A stretch of 64,000 nucleotides of DNA from an uncultured virus (IMG/VR IMGVR_UViG_3300028048_000078) (taxonomy: Duplodnaviria > Heunggongvirae > Uroviricota > Caudoviricetes), in the IMG/VR virus record IMGVR_UViG_3300028048_000078; one strand, written 5' to 3'. A program made the translations under genes and the position numbers. This document shows positions 43,693 through 57,239 of the stretch, piece by piece. The notes below the pieces were generated by a model. That model was not told the DNA's origin and did no database searches. It saw only the letters and a list, made by a program, of their open reading frames with translations. Position 1 is the stretch's first letter, and every line of letters starts with the position of its first letter.

Positions 43693-45109
43693 TGTGGGTA
43701 GATTTATTTACTAATAACATATTTAATAACTAAATATCAAGAGAATAATAATCCTAAAGGTAGGTTAAAAATTATGAAGCTTATTGTATCACTATATATT
43801 TGTGTATTATTTGTAGTGTTTATAATTGACACTGATGGTGAAATATTTACTTGTAGAAAATAATTATTTAATTTATTTTTTGTTGACAGTTGTTAGTGAT
43901 TTTGCTATGATACAAGTAACTTAAAAATAAGGAGTGATTAATTATGGGCAAGACTTATTTAGATTGGCTTAGAGGTTTAAGCAAAGAAGAAATGGCAGAA
44001 TATTTAAGTAAACATTTTAGTTGTACTAATTGTCTTGGACACAGTAAAGAAAATTGGTTAAAGAAGTTAAGTGAGAGTATGCCTATTCCTAAACTTGAAG
44101 TAGGTGATGTTATCTTCACTGAATGTGCTAGTTATGTGTATTTAGGTGGGGAAACATTTGTTACCAATGTTATTGAGGACTTTGATAATTGTGAGAATGT
44201 TACCCTTGTACATAGGATTGGATTGTCTGGTGAGATTTTGAGTGTTAATAGACGACTTGCAGACGGAGAAAGAACTTTAACTACTATTTGGGAGAAATAA
44301 TAATGAGCTTAATTTCTACAATTTGTGTGATTATTTTAGCATTAGCTTTTGTTGCTGATGATAAAGTAAAGAGATAATAGGAGATGTCTACATGAATGTT
44401 ATTTTATTTATTGTGCTTGTAACTTGGATAATATCTAAATGTGAAAGAGATAATAAGATGATTTAAGAGTGCTTTTTAGCACTCTTATTTTTTTTTCAAA
44501 ATAATTGTTGACAAGCATTAATGGTTTTGATATAATACAAGTAACTTAAGAAAAGGAGTGATTTATATGAAATTGTTATTTGAAGAGGGCATTATGGGTG
44601 AGCATAACTTCCACAGACTTTATAAGTATGGTGAGTATAGGATTGGTATTTGGGTGCAGGATACTCATGAACACAGTGAGCATGGTCGTAATGTAACTGT
44701 AGCATTGTTTAGTAAAACTACTATGAAATGGGAGAACTTAAAAACTAGAACTTCTATGATTGAGAGTTTAGAAGCTACTATTGAAAAATTACTTATGTAC
44801 GCAAAATATTTTCTTGACTAATGTAAATGTTTTTGATATAATGTAGTCAAGTTAAAGATAAGGAGTGATTGATTATGAATAGATATGTTATTCGAGATAG
44901 TGCAGATATTAATATGATTTTGGGTGTTGTTGAAACAGATGGATGTCCTTCAATGCTTTATGAAGCTAAAGAGAAGGTTATTCAAAAGCTTGGAGATGAT
45001 TGTTGGACTATTGATGATATCATTGTACAAGCTAGAAAAATGTTTCCAGAATATAGTTTCATTTATGACTATAAAGTTAGCGGTATTGTATTATAAGGAG
45101 TGATTAAAT

Positions 45110-45718
45110 ATGAGAGATGTTAAGGTTTATACTTTTGATGAATTGTCTGAGGAAGTACAGAAAAAAGTCATTGAAAGATACTCTAAAGTATGGAGTACAG
45201 AAATGAATGATGAATTAGAGATAGCTATGGATGGCAAATTTTATGACCTAGTTGATGGTATGGATAACACATTTGAGTTAGCTTACTCATTAAGTTATTG
45301 TCAAGGTGATGGTGTATCTTTCACAGGAAGTGTAGAAGGTAAGTATGATTTGCTTAAACTTGTTGACCTTGTTTATAGTATTGATACCCCTAGTATTCCT
45401 ATAAGATACATTAAGAGATTGATTAATTGGGGTATTATTCATGAAGTACAGTTTACTCGCAATAGTAACCATTATTGCCATAAATACACTGTTGACATTA
45501 CAGTTGTAGATAATTATAATATTGATGGTAACTATGACAGAATATTACAGGTTATGCAGGACTTTGAGAATGACATTAATACATGGTTTATGCATGTTTG
45601 TGATGAACTTGAAGATTTTGGGTATAGTGAAATTGAGTATTTACAGAGTGAAGAATGTATCAGAGAAACCATTTTGGATAGTGACCTTGAATTTACTGAG
45701 GATGGGAGAGATTTCTAA
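45110..45718 (+). CDS. conserved acidic phage protein
   Basis: VYTFDELS, YSLSYCQGDGVSF, EYL.SEE.I.E.I.....EFTEDG pattern recurrent in phage/plasmid proteins. Confidence 0.65.
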   Translation: MRDVKVYTFDELSEEVQKKVIERYSKVWSTEMNDELEIAMDGKFYDLVDGMDNTFELAYSLSYCQGDGVSFTGSVEGKYDLLKLVDLVYSIDTPSIPIRYIKRLINWGIIHEVQFTRNSNHYCHKYTVDITVVDNYNIDGNYDRILQVMQDFENDINTWFMHVCDELEDFGYSEIEYLQSEECIRETILDSDLEFTEDGRDF

Positions 45719-48700
45719 TGACTATTAATATGTACCTTATCATAATTACTGATGATTTTGGTGGTGTATGTAGTGTTCAAGCTTGTCCGACTTTAGATAG
45801 TTTAGTACATCAGATAAATGAAGTCATTGAGGGGTATAATATACTAGGCTTAAAATGTATCCATGATTTGAGTGATTTTAATAATATCTTAGCTTATGAA
45901 AAGACAAGGTTTATTCCTACTAAAGATGATTGTGTTATTAATGCTAGAAATGTGTACATAAAGAGGGTGTAATTATGAATAGAGAACACATCTTGAATGA
46001 GATATCAGATAACTTTATGCTTGCAGACCAGTCTACAAATAAAGAAAGTTATCAAAATCGTAAAGAATTTGCAATAGGTTATATGGCTTGTGCTTATGAT
46101 ATGGGTATTCTTGATGATTTACAGTATAATCGTATGTACTGTAAGGCACTTAGGCGAAAAGTTAGTGAGGATATGATTTTAGATTACGTTGGTATAAACC
46201 ATAGTAATGTTTCTATTTTTGACAATGTACCTAAACTTATGCTTGTTAAGACTTTGTTATGTGATAAATTTGGTGTAAGCACACTTGAAGATGTCTATAG
46301 AAAATGTATGTTGTCTGATATGTATGATAGTAAGGATATGGATATTGTTAGGGTATTCTTTGCAAGTAATTTACTGAAATAAGGCAGGATTTTCCTGCTT
46401 TATTTTTTTTGAGAAAATGTATTGACATATAAAACCATTTATGATAATATACTAACCATAAGAGGTGATTGAATATGTTAATACTTGATAGAAACCAAAG
46501 AAAAGATGATGTAGTTATTACACATAAGGATATGCATTTTGATTTATCCGCTATTAAGGAACACAGATTTAAGTTACACATTTCTACACACTATGCTGAT
46601 AGAATTAAGCAGAGGAAAATCAAAATCCACAAGATTGCTAGGATTATGAGTGATGGAATAGTGTGTGGTGTACAGACCATTGAAGGTAAGCTTTATAGAC
46701 TAGCTATTAAAGTTTGTGGTAAAGGTAATGGCAAGCTTGCTACACTGTATGTTATTCAAGTAAGGCAGACTGAGGAAACCTTGATTTTAACCTTGATAAC
46801 AGTCCATAAAATTTTTAAATAATTTTGTTGACACACACTAATGATTTTGATATAATGTACTCAAAGATAAGGAGTGAGTGATATGGCTACTAAAGAAGAA
46901 CTTTTAGAGATTGCTGAAAGACTTTGTAATGTTAGGACTAGTTGTACTGATTGTCCTGTTATATTAAGAGCAAGTTTAAACTGTTGGTTAGCTACACATA
47001 ACTTGACTGAAGATTTACCACCGATTTTTAAAGGAGTGACTTTAGATGGACATGAATGAGATTTTGGAAACTTTTGATTTCGCTTATGAGAAGTTAGATA
47101 ATGGTTTATATAAGTTGATTGATATGGAAGGTTACTTTGATACTATCTATTGTGAAAGCTTTTCAGAACTAATAGAAGCATTACCACAGGCAGTTATTAA
47201 GGACTATGTACTTAGTAAAGAAACCTTTGAAACTGAGGAAGATTTTGAAACCTTAGAAGATGTGTTAGAGTATTGCAAGAAGCATAAACCATTGTATGTA
47301 GATGTAATTAAAGCATTGATTGACCCTAGTATAGTAAAGGAGTGATTGTTATTGAGTCCACTACAGTAAAGGAACTTAAAGAAGTACTTAGTCACTTCAA
47401 TGATGATGATATTGTAAAAATTTGGGTAAATGAAACTATCTATGAAGTGCAAGCAGGAGTAAATGTTGCAGACGAAGGGGAAGAATTGTTGTTTACCTAT
47501 ATGTTTAAGTAAAGGAGTGTTAAATATGAATAGACTTATTAATATTTTGGTAGGTAGTTATTGGGATTATCAGCCTAGATTTATTGCAAGTAACTTTAAT
47601 GTTGGTATAGGTAGTTATGCTGATGATGAAATTGAGGAATATCCTATTGATTATGAGTATAATAAGAAGAATGATGAACATAAGATGTTTTTCTTTATCG
47701 GTGATAAAGTTTGTAAAATGGCTACATTAGGCAATAAACCTTTGGAAAGAGCAAAGAAACATAACTCTAGAGGAATGTCATTTACTGCAATTCGTAGTAA
47801 ATATCCTTCAATTAAACACATCTATGCTATCAATCCTAGACTTCATGCTTTTAATAAGTTTTACAGTCCTATAAGCAGATACGACCATGAAAAGAAGTAT
47901 CGTCTATTTGTGCAGTATGGTGTAGGCACTGATGTACATTTGAGTAAGAGTAACCTTAAGAGCCATAAGGAACATTGTATTAAGTCTTATAACTACTATT
48001 TGGCTAGTCAGCTTAAGAGAAGATTAGTAGATTATAAGGCAAGTAAGACTGATGATAATACTGTAAAAATGGCTATGGCTAAAGCTTTGAGAAGTTGTGC
48101 AGACCACATAGAAGGTAAGAACCCTAATTTTGGAGCTAATATTAAGAGTCCTTGGCATAGAGATGAACCTATTAGAGAATTTTTCAGTGATATGTTTAAC
48201 TTCTATAAATATAAGCTTGATGATGTTGAAAGAGTAAGACTTTTGGAAAGTTTGAAAAATTATTGTTGACACGTATTAATGTTTTTGGTATAATCTTAAT
48301 CAAGAGGTGAGGATATATGAAGATAGCAAGCATTAAAGTTAGTGGTTATATTGATGTTGAAATTCCAGACCACATCAATGATACTGATATTGCGGAAGAT
48401 TGGATTAAGGAACACTTGAATATTTATAATACACCAATAGAGGAATTTGATGATTATGATTTACATTGTCAGTATCTTGTAGATTGGGGTGAAGATAATG
48501 AAGGTTAAAATCTTTCAGTTTGAGATAAGCGAAGTAAATGAGAATTATATCAATGAGTTTTGTGAGGGAAAAGATATTGTTGATATAAAGATAACACATG
48601 CAGAAAGCTATAACTACTATTATTTGTTTTATACAATTATGTACAAGGAGTGATTAATAATGGCTACAAGGATATTTGATGTAACTACCTATATGGCATT

Positions 48701-51700
48701 TGAATATTTTACAGATGAAGATGTTACTTTCCTTGCTATTACAGACGAACATAAAGAATGTTGGATAAATATCAAGAATAAGGAATTGATTATGAGTCAG
48801 CTTCAATCTGAAACTATCACTATTCCTCTTATAGATAAAGCTACAAAGTCTATGCAAGCTTTATATGATTACATTATGGATAGAGATACTAGCTTAGTAG
48901 TAGAGGTTGATGATGATATAGCTGAGTACTGTATGAAAAGAGCTAATGTAAGCTTAAAGCAATTCTTTGACGAAATTAAGGCAGATATAGAGAAGTTTGC
49001 ATTAGATGATTGCATTGATATGGAGAATAATAATGGGTGCTATTTCTTAGTATTTAGAAATTTATGTGAAAAATTTTCAAGATTGTATTGACATATAAAT
49101 GTTTTTATGATAATATATAACCATCAAATAGATAAGGAGTGTTGAACATGATTGATATTACAGTAACCACATTTGATGATAAGCTTATCATTGATGTAGA
49201 GGACTATGATTATGAAGAAGGTAGTATTATTCTTCATAGTAGTATGAGTAATAAGTACTCTAATTCTACTGATGGTTGGGTAAAGCTTATGAGTGACTAT
49301 GCAAGGGTACGCAAAATGTACCCTAATGCAAGTCATGTTATGAGATATGGAAAGACAGGTGATAGAATATGGTAAGATTGATTACTGATGAGGGTACATT
49401 TGAGTATACTGATTTGGTAGAACTTATTCATGAGTATGATAAAAACACACTTGATATGAATGTTCCATGCGAATCTACTATGATAAACAAGTTAATTGAT
49501 AATGATGGCTATGAATATGTGATTAACTGTGCGTTTAGTGAATTTATTGGAGATTTAATTATTTATCATAATCTTATATTAAGAGAAATTCCTAAAAGAT
49601 TGCTTAAAGATTATGTTTATTATGAAGTAAAGATAAAGGAGTGAAACTTATGAATACTAGAATTTATAGCTTAGACAGTATTGGTGTTAATGAGTTTGAT
49701 TTTCATGCTGATTTTGCATATTGGTTTGGCACTGAAGGTAAAATCACTAATGTTGTTTTGAGTAACATAAGTTTAGCTGAAACCATTAATGAGTCATTTG
49801 CAGAATCTATCAATCGTCTTGGTGGATGTAAAGAAACACTTGCAGAGTGCATGAGTGATGGGGGTGTTTATATCCATAAGAGTGCTGATTTGTGGTTAGC
49901 TAATGCTACTATGAATAACATTAAAGCATACCTTAAGGACTTGACTATGGCAGACTTTAAAAATCATGGCAGAGCAAGATTGCATGAAATTACACACCCT
50001 ACTGAACCATTTGTTTGCTTTAGGGATGATGATGGAAAACCTACTATTATGCCTTTATATGATTTTATTTTTAATAGTAGATATAAGGAATTTACAGAGG
50101 TGCTGAACCTTAGTAGAGTTTTCTATGTAAAATATTAAAAAAAACATATTGACATACTGTAAATGTTTTGATATAATCTTAGACAAGAGGTGAGGTTAAA
50201 TGAAAAGAAAAACTATAGCAACGATTTTCGCAGTAGGTTATGTAGGTGTTGTATTACTCTTTAAGCTTGCAGTATTCTGTGGACTTGTATTCTTAGCAGT
50301 TATGATTTTACGTTACATGGGAGTGATTTGATTATGACATTTTACTGTATTACACATGATTGTATTGATTTTTCAAGAGTTTATGGAGTTATAACTATTT
50401 GGGGTGATGATGAGTACATAGCTGATTGTGGCGGTGTTGCCTATATGATTGCTAGGGGTAAAGGTGAAGCAGTAAAGAAGTTTGGTGATGATTATACCAT
50501 TTATGATATTCTTGATGAAGCTAGTTTATTATATCCGACTTGTGATTTTAACTTTAAGTATACAATTGATGTAGAGGTGTAAGCTATGATAGAAGTACAT
50601 TATATAATGCACATTGATGATGTGTATAGGGATATGTTGTATTATTACATGGATATATCGCCTACAGTATTATTTAATTACTTTAATGATATGGGCAAAG
50701 TAAAATATTGGGCAGATGGTAGGATTGTACTAAATACACTATCAAAGGATTATGAAATTATCCTAGAGATAAGAGAAATAAAGACCATTAGCTTAGAGGA
50801 ATTATCTGATAGAATAGGAGTGTAAGCTATGAGAGATTTTATGCTTTTAGGACTTATGATATTGTTTGTAGTAGGTATTCCACTACTTTTCTATAGTGGA
50901 CTTGCAGTTATAATCGTAACCGCAATAAAGTATTTAGGAATTGTTTAAAAATTTTGTTGACATAAGTTAATGGTTTTGCTATAATATAGTCAAGAGGTGA
51001 GGATAATGAATGTAAAGAATATCTATAATAAGCTTGATAAGTTAGAGGATAGCTTTGAAGCTAAGCTTGATTATCTATCAGCAAGAAAAGACTTGACTAT
51101 GATTAGCCACATGACTAATGAATATTATGATGAATATGTATTTGAGGGCACTGATGGCTATATAGATATTGAAAAGGCACTGAAAAATCCTAGAATAAAC
51201 TATGAGTATGGATGGAGTACTAAGGCAAGAATAATAGTAAATGGTAAAGTAATAACTGTAAGTAAGGAGTGAGATTTATGTATTATGTAATGGTAGTAAG
51301 TGAGTTTGGCAGTGTATTAATACACCGTGATTTTGAAGATATTAAAGAAGCTAAACAGTTTTTCAATAAGGTTATTAAAGACTATAAAATTGGTGGATAT
51401 AAGTCTAAGAAGTTATCAGATGAAGTCACTGAGATTTATGATAATAATAGCTTTTACCATGTAAGCTTACGTAAATTTGAGGAGTGATAAATTATGTATT
51501 ATTGGAAAGCAGAGTCTACAGATAACAGTTATCAAGAAGTTAGTGTGCCATTTAAGACTAAAAAAGAAGCTTATGAAAGTATGCGTAATTCAGCATTAGA
51601 GAAAATGAAATGGAATACTGAGTATGATGAGGATTTTGAGGATGATATACCTATTGGCTATGAAGTAACATTTTCAAAAGACTGTATAAGACATTTTTCA

Positions 51701-51742
51701 TATAGTGGAGAATACATTTATAAGATAGTGGAGGAATAAATC

Positions 51743-51988
51743 ATGTTTTGCGTAAAGTGTGGAAAAGAATTCGTTGGCGGTAAGAATAGCCGTTATTGTG
51801 AAGAGTGTAAGGCAGAAAAGAAAAAAGAAAATTCAGCTAAAATGAATGTATACGTACAAGAAAGAAATAAAAGACTAGGTTTAACTAATATAAGTATCTA
51901 TAAGGAAGATAGAGATTTATTAAAATCTCTGGGGGCAGAAAAAGGAGTTTCTATAGCAGAGATAGTAAAAGAACTTTTAAGAAAGTAA
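51743..51988 (+). CDS. zinc-finger plus ribbon-helix-helix DNA-binding protein
   Basis: CxxC..YCxxC N-terminus; C-terminal TNISIY..DRDLLK.L..EKGVSIAEIV.ELL RHH pattern. Confidence 0.65.
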   Translation: MFCVKCGKEFVGGKNSRYCEECKAEKKKENSAKMNVYVQERNKRLGLTNISIYKEDRDLLKSLGAEKGVSIAEIVKELLRK

Positions 51989-52230
51989 TATATGTATATA
52001 AATATAATTTATAACTAATATAAATATATATGTATATATGTAAATATAAACATAGAAAAGAGATGAAATATAATGATTGAATTATATATAAAGGATAACA
52101 CTATAACAATAAAAGAATCATGGAATGGTATTAATGTATTAGTAGAAAATCCTTTAGGTAATATATCTATAAATAATATACCACAAGAAGAAGCTAGAAG
52201 AATATTACTACAGTATATTAGTAAATAGCT

Positions 52231-52750
52231 AGTCAAAAAACACTGTCAAATAGCTATGTCAAAAATAGGTGTCAAATAGCTAGCTGGCTCTCACTATACA
52301 ATACTATTGACTTTGTAAATTGGTGTATTGACATTATTAGTGTGTGTTTTTCCTATATATATAGAGAAAATACACACTTTTTCTTTTTTTTCTATATATA
52401 CTGAAACATATATAGTTGTGTTTTTCTTATATATATACTAAGAATAATACCATATATCTTTTTTGCCCAAAGGATTTTGTATTTTTCCTATATATATAGA
52501 CAATATACATATTCTTTTTGTTTTTCCTATATATATAGATAACAATATACATCTCTTTTCTTTTTTTCTTTCCCCCAGAGGACTTTGTGTATTTCTCTTA
52601 TATATATACTAACAATACAATAGTTGTTATTTCTCTATATATATATACATATATAATCTCTTCTTCTTTTCTTTTTTGCCCAAAAGGTACTTTGTGTTTT
52701 TCTATATATATATACAGAAATACATATAATCTCTTTTTGCCCAAAAGTTT
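52231..52750. repeat. AT-rich non-coding repeat region, candidate replication origin
   Basis: Four 13-bp-period (T/A)GTCAAA units, about eight TTTYCYTATATATA units, three TTTTTGCCCAAA. Confidence 0.6.
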
Positions 52751-53946
52751 TTTGAGAATTGTATTGACAGTCAAATGTTTTTATAGTATACTTAAGCTAC
52801 AAAATAACAAAAAGGAGTGTTGAATTATGAATGAATTGATGAAACTTTATGAGGAAGTATTCATTCCTGCTTGGGAAGAATCTCATACAGAGGGAGAACC
52901 ACCTTGCTTTGAGGAATGGAAGGACAATGACTTTTATGAGTGGCTAGATGATTATATAAACAACAAAGAGTATGAATGGCAAGCTAATTTAATTAGTACT
53001 TATGCTAGAGAAGTTATAACAAATATTCCTGTTTGTTATGATATGTATACTCTTAATGATTATGATTTTACAGATATTTATGATAAAATCGACCATGAGA
53101 ACTTTAATGTTCGCCATGATGTATATTGGAATGAATGTGGTGGTTATATCTGTAGTGGTGATTATTGTGCTTATGTTGATAAGTATTGGGATGATAATAA
53201 AGACGACATCTTAAACTATGTTATTAAATTCTTTGATACTTTTGATATTGATACTGACGAATATTTTTGTTGACAAGTTAATGTTTTTGCAGTATAATGT
53301 ACTCACAAACAACAGATAAGGAGTGTTGAATTATGGAAGTTAAAGTAGAAGTTAATAATGAGTTTGCATTAAAGGATTTACTTTGGGGACAAGGTTATGA
53401 CACATTTAAGAGAGTTTGTGATGAAGGTTTAGGCGAAGCTTTAATGAATCACATTGAAGAACTTTTCTGTGATGAGTTGCCAGACATTTGTGATATTAAT
53501 GACTATCTTGCCTATGAACTTGATGAAGATGAGTTTATTGCTACTCATATAAACCTTGATGATTTACTTGATATTGATACTCTTATGCAGTATGCTTCTG
53601 AGTTAGGTTATTTTAAGGCACATGGTACTATTAAAGAAGCTATTAATATTGGTAAATCTAAGGAGTTATGGGATTATCTTGTAGATAATTATTCTGATTA
53701 TAATTTGGATGATTTATTTTCTGAAATTAACTGTATTGATTTAGAAGATATCTGAAAATCTCTTTTGCCCCCAGCTTTTTGGGGGCTTTTTTGACAGTAT
53801 ATATTTATATATGCTATAATTTATATATATAGTAAAACAATTCTTTACTAAAGGAAGCAGTACATACATTGTCAAAACTTTTTCTTGACATATTAATGTT
53901 TTTGTAGTATACTTTAGTCATAGTCAAACAGAAAGGATGATGTGAT

Positions 53947-54435
53947 ATGAAGTATACTACAGAACAAGTCAGAAAGATGGTTTTTGCTTTCCGTGAGGAT
54001 ATGGCTTCAAGAGGTATTGAAGTCGGTAGAGTTTGGAGAGTAAAGTTTGGCAAGTCAGCACACACTTTTGGACTTTGTACCTATGAAGGACATGATATGT
54101 ACACCATTACTATTAATGACTTAGCTTTGCATGGTGAAGTTATTGATACTATTGTACATGAGCTTATTCACACTGTTAAAGGTTGTATGAACCACGGCAA
54201 GAAGTTTCATGAGATTGCTGATATGTGCAATAAAATCTATAACCTTGATATTGGTACTCATGCTAGTAAAAAGGAGATTGAAGCTTGCAAGGAATATAGA
54301 CTTAGGACTTCTAAGTATGTAATACAGTGTACTAAGTGTGGGAATACAATTTTTAGGACTAGAAGTTGTAGGCTTGTTAATCACCCTAATCACTATTCTT
54401 GTGTATGTGGTGGCGAACTTAGAAGAATCAGATGA
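53947..54435 (+). CDS. SprT-like zinc metalloprotease
   Basis: FGLC, TIVHELIH, NHGKKF, C-terminal CxxC...C.CGG. Confidence 0.85.
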   Translation: MKYTTEQVRKMVFAFREDMASRGIEVGRVWRVKFGKSAHTFGLCTYEGHDMYTITINDLALHGEVIDTIVHELIHTVKGCMNHGKKFHEIADMCNKIYNLDIGTHASKKEIEACKEYRLRTSKYVIQCTKCGNTIFRTRSCRLVNHPNHYSCVCGGELRRIR

Positions 54436-54717
54436 TTTGTGGGGGATTTTCCCCCACTAACTTTCTTACAACGAGGTGAACAACAATGTATACAATGGTT
54501 ATTAGGCTTATACGGACAACTATAGGAAGTGAGGTTGATTTTAGTAGAATTGTAGCTACTCTTGATAAAGATAGTGGCTATGGCTACGAATATCTTAAAG
54601 ACCATGTAAAGCTTCTTAATGTCAGTGCCTTGCCTAATGAATATTATAAAATTGATTATGAAGTTACTTGACAGTTAATGTTTTTATATGATATAATCTT
54701 CTTAAAGAGGTGATTAT

Positions 54718-55893
54718 ATGATAACTGTTATTGACAGTCCTTGTGGTCGAGGAAAAACTACCTATGCTATCAAATATATCAATGAAAGACCAACAGACAA
54801 TTTTGTGTATATTACACCATTTCTGAAAGAGGTTGAAAGAGTCATTGAACAAACCAATAAAAGATTTGTACAACCTGCTAATGTTGGTAATGGAAAATAT
54901 GAAAGCTTAGTTAATTTGTTTAATAATAATAAAGACATTGTATCTACACATTCACTATTTTCTAAATGTAGTCAGAGTGTAGCTGAAAACATCAAAATGG
55001 GACATTATACCCTCATTTTAGATGAAGTTATGAGTGTTGTGGAAGTATTAAACCTTAAAAAGTCTGATATACCTACAATGTTAGATGCTGAGTTAGTCAG
55101 AATTGACGAAAAGACTAATAAACTTATATGGTTAAAAGACGATTATGATGGAGCTTACAATGAAATAAAGGAAAGATGTGAAAACAATAATATCTATGTT
55201 GTTAGTGGTGTAGCTATTATATGGACTTTTCCTGTAGAGATTTTTGAAGCTTTTGACAATGTAATTATCTGCACATATATGTTTGATTATCAACTACAAA
55301 AGTACTACTATGATATGTACTCTGTAGAGTACACTAAAAAGTCTATTGTAGATGGCGAACTAGTTGATTATATTGAACAAAAAGACAATCTTGATAAGTT
55401 ACACATACTAGAAAATAACAAAATTAACCATGTAGGTGATGGTAAGTACGATTTGTCTAAGTCTTGGTATGAAAGGCATAAGGGAAACTTAAAGGTATTA
55501 CAAAACAATATTTATAACTATGTACATAACTTTTCCCCTACACTATCATGTAGTAAAGTTAAGTCTAAAGATGTTATTTGGACTACTTTTAAGGACTATA
55601 AGACTAAACTAAGTGGTAAAGGCTATGCTAATGCATTTATTCCTTGTAATTCTAGAGCTACTAACGAATATATGAATAGTTTTGTTGTTGTTTATCCTAT
55701 AAATATATTTGTTAATCCTATAGTAAAACAATTCTTTACTAACAATGGTGTAGAGATTGATGAGGATAACTATGCTTTATCTGAACTAATACAGTTTATC
55801 TATAGGAGTAGAATTAGACAAAATGAGCATATTTTCTGTTATATACCTAGTCTAAGAATGAGAAGCTTGTTATATAACTATATAATGCCTTGA
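54718..55893 (+). CDS. SF2 helicase-like P-loop protein
   Basis: DSPCGRGKTT, YITPFL.EV.R, STHSLF, LILDEV, N.RATN.Y, SELIQ.IYRSRIR. Confidence 0.75.
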   Translation: MITVIDSPCGRGKTTYAIKYINERPTDNFVYITPFLKEVERVIEQTNKRFVQPANVGNGKYESLVNLFNNNKDIVSTHSLFSKCSQSVAENIKMGHYTLILDEVMSVVEVLNLKKSDIPTMLDAELVRIDEKTNKLIWLKDDYDGAYNEIKERCENNNIYVVSGVAIIWTFPVEIFEAFDNVIICTYMFDYQLQKYYYDMYSVEYTKKSIVDGELVDYIEQKDNLDKLHILENNKINHVGDGKYDLSKSWYERHKGNLKVLQNNIYNYVHNFSPTLSCSKVKSKDVIWTTFKDYKTKLSGKGYANAFIPCNSRATNEYMNSFVVVYPINIFVNPIVKQFFTNNGVEIDEDNYALSELIQFIYRSRIRQNEHIFCYIPSLRMRSLLYNYIMP

Positions 55894-56109
55894 CAATGTA
55901 TGTTCTGCTCTTACTGAGCAGATAAAGCTAAAGCTTTATAACTTTAACACTTTGAAGGTGTTAAAATTGAAAATGAAGCTAGTAATATCAAGGCTTCCAG
56001 CGATTTTCCCTTAAAGAATAGTAAGAGTAAAATAAGAAATAGAGAATGGATAATGAGTATACCCTTTAGGGTATACTTGTTTCCGTAGGAAACAGCACAT
56101 ACATTGTCA
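55890..56109. repeat. ~220-bp non-coding element bounded by inverted repeats
   Basis: TGACAATGTATGT (55891) / ACATACATTGTCA (56097-56109) enclosing several short palindromes. Confidence 0.7.
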
Positions 56110-57239
56110 GAAGTGATTTTTTATGATTATCGAAAAAATTTATAAAATATTTGTTGACAGAGTATTTTGTTTTAGTTATAATAAGCTTAGAAAATCTGAT
56201 AGGGATAAAGACAAATACATTCCTACAGAAGCAATTATTAATGGCTATGACAGTCATGGAAACTATAATATTATAAGGAGAGATGTAAAATGAGTATGAG
56301 AACTTGGTTGATTGAGGATATTTGTGACAGACTTGAAAATTGGGAAGGTAATGTAGTTGCTATTTCAGATTTACCAAATTATCTGTATCAGTCAGCACTT
56401 GCAGATGGTAGTATCTTCTATAGTACATATGAAACTAGACAATGGATAGCTAAGTACTTTGAGGATATTGCAGAAGTCATTGAGGATTATGAGGATGAAA
56501 TTGAGGACTGTGCAGACTTGAAGCAAGTTTTCACAAATCCAGAAGCTTTCCATGTAGACTTGTGTTATTTCTTGTGTAATCCATTGTTACATGAATCAGA
56601 GTGGATAGACGAACATGAAGATGAAGAAGTAGAGCTGACAGAGGAAATCATTGAAACCATTAAGGGAGAGCTTTTAGCTACTATTTAACAACAAATAAGG
56701 GACTATTTTATATAGTCCCTTTTCTTTTTAAAAATTTTATTGACAACAAAAACATTAAGTAGTATAATGTAATTACAAAATAACAAAAGGGAGTGTTAAA
56801 CAATGAAAATCAGAGATTTTATCGGTAATAGTGATTACTGTAGTAATGAAGAACTTATTGAACTTTGGAACAACCATTGTATTTTAGCAGGATATGTAGA
56901 TGATATGTGTCACCCTATGAGTCAGTTTGATGATTTAGTAGACACAGACAGACCATACAAAGAGGTTATTAAGAAATTAGATAGTAACTTTAACCATAAT
57001 CACTCAGTATTTTGGATTAATGGGTGCGGTTATATCTGTAGTGGCTATACATCAGATTATATCAATAAGGTAGTTGATATTGATTTGTTAGCTGATAGCA
57101 TAGAGCTAAATCCTAGTGACTTTGATACTTTTGATTGGGACGAAGTTACAGATATTCAAAATTCTTAAAAATTTGTGTTGACACATAAATGTTTTTGATG
57201 TATAATTAAGACATCAAATACAGATAGGAGTGATACTCA

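Noticed and set aside
52587..52823. 78-aa ORF in the AT-rich repeat region (likewise 63703-63942)
   Set aside because: Derived from low-complexity or non-coding sequence, no RBS
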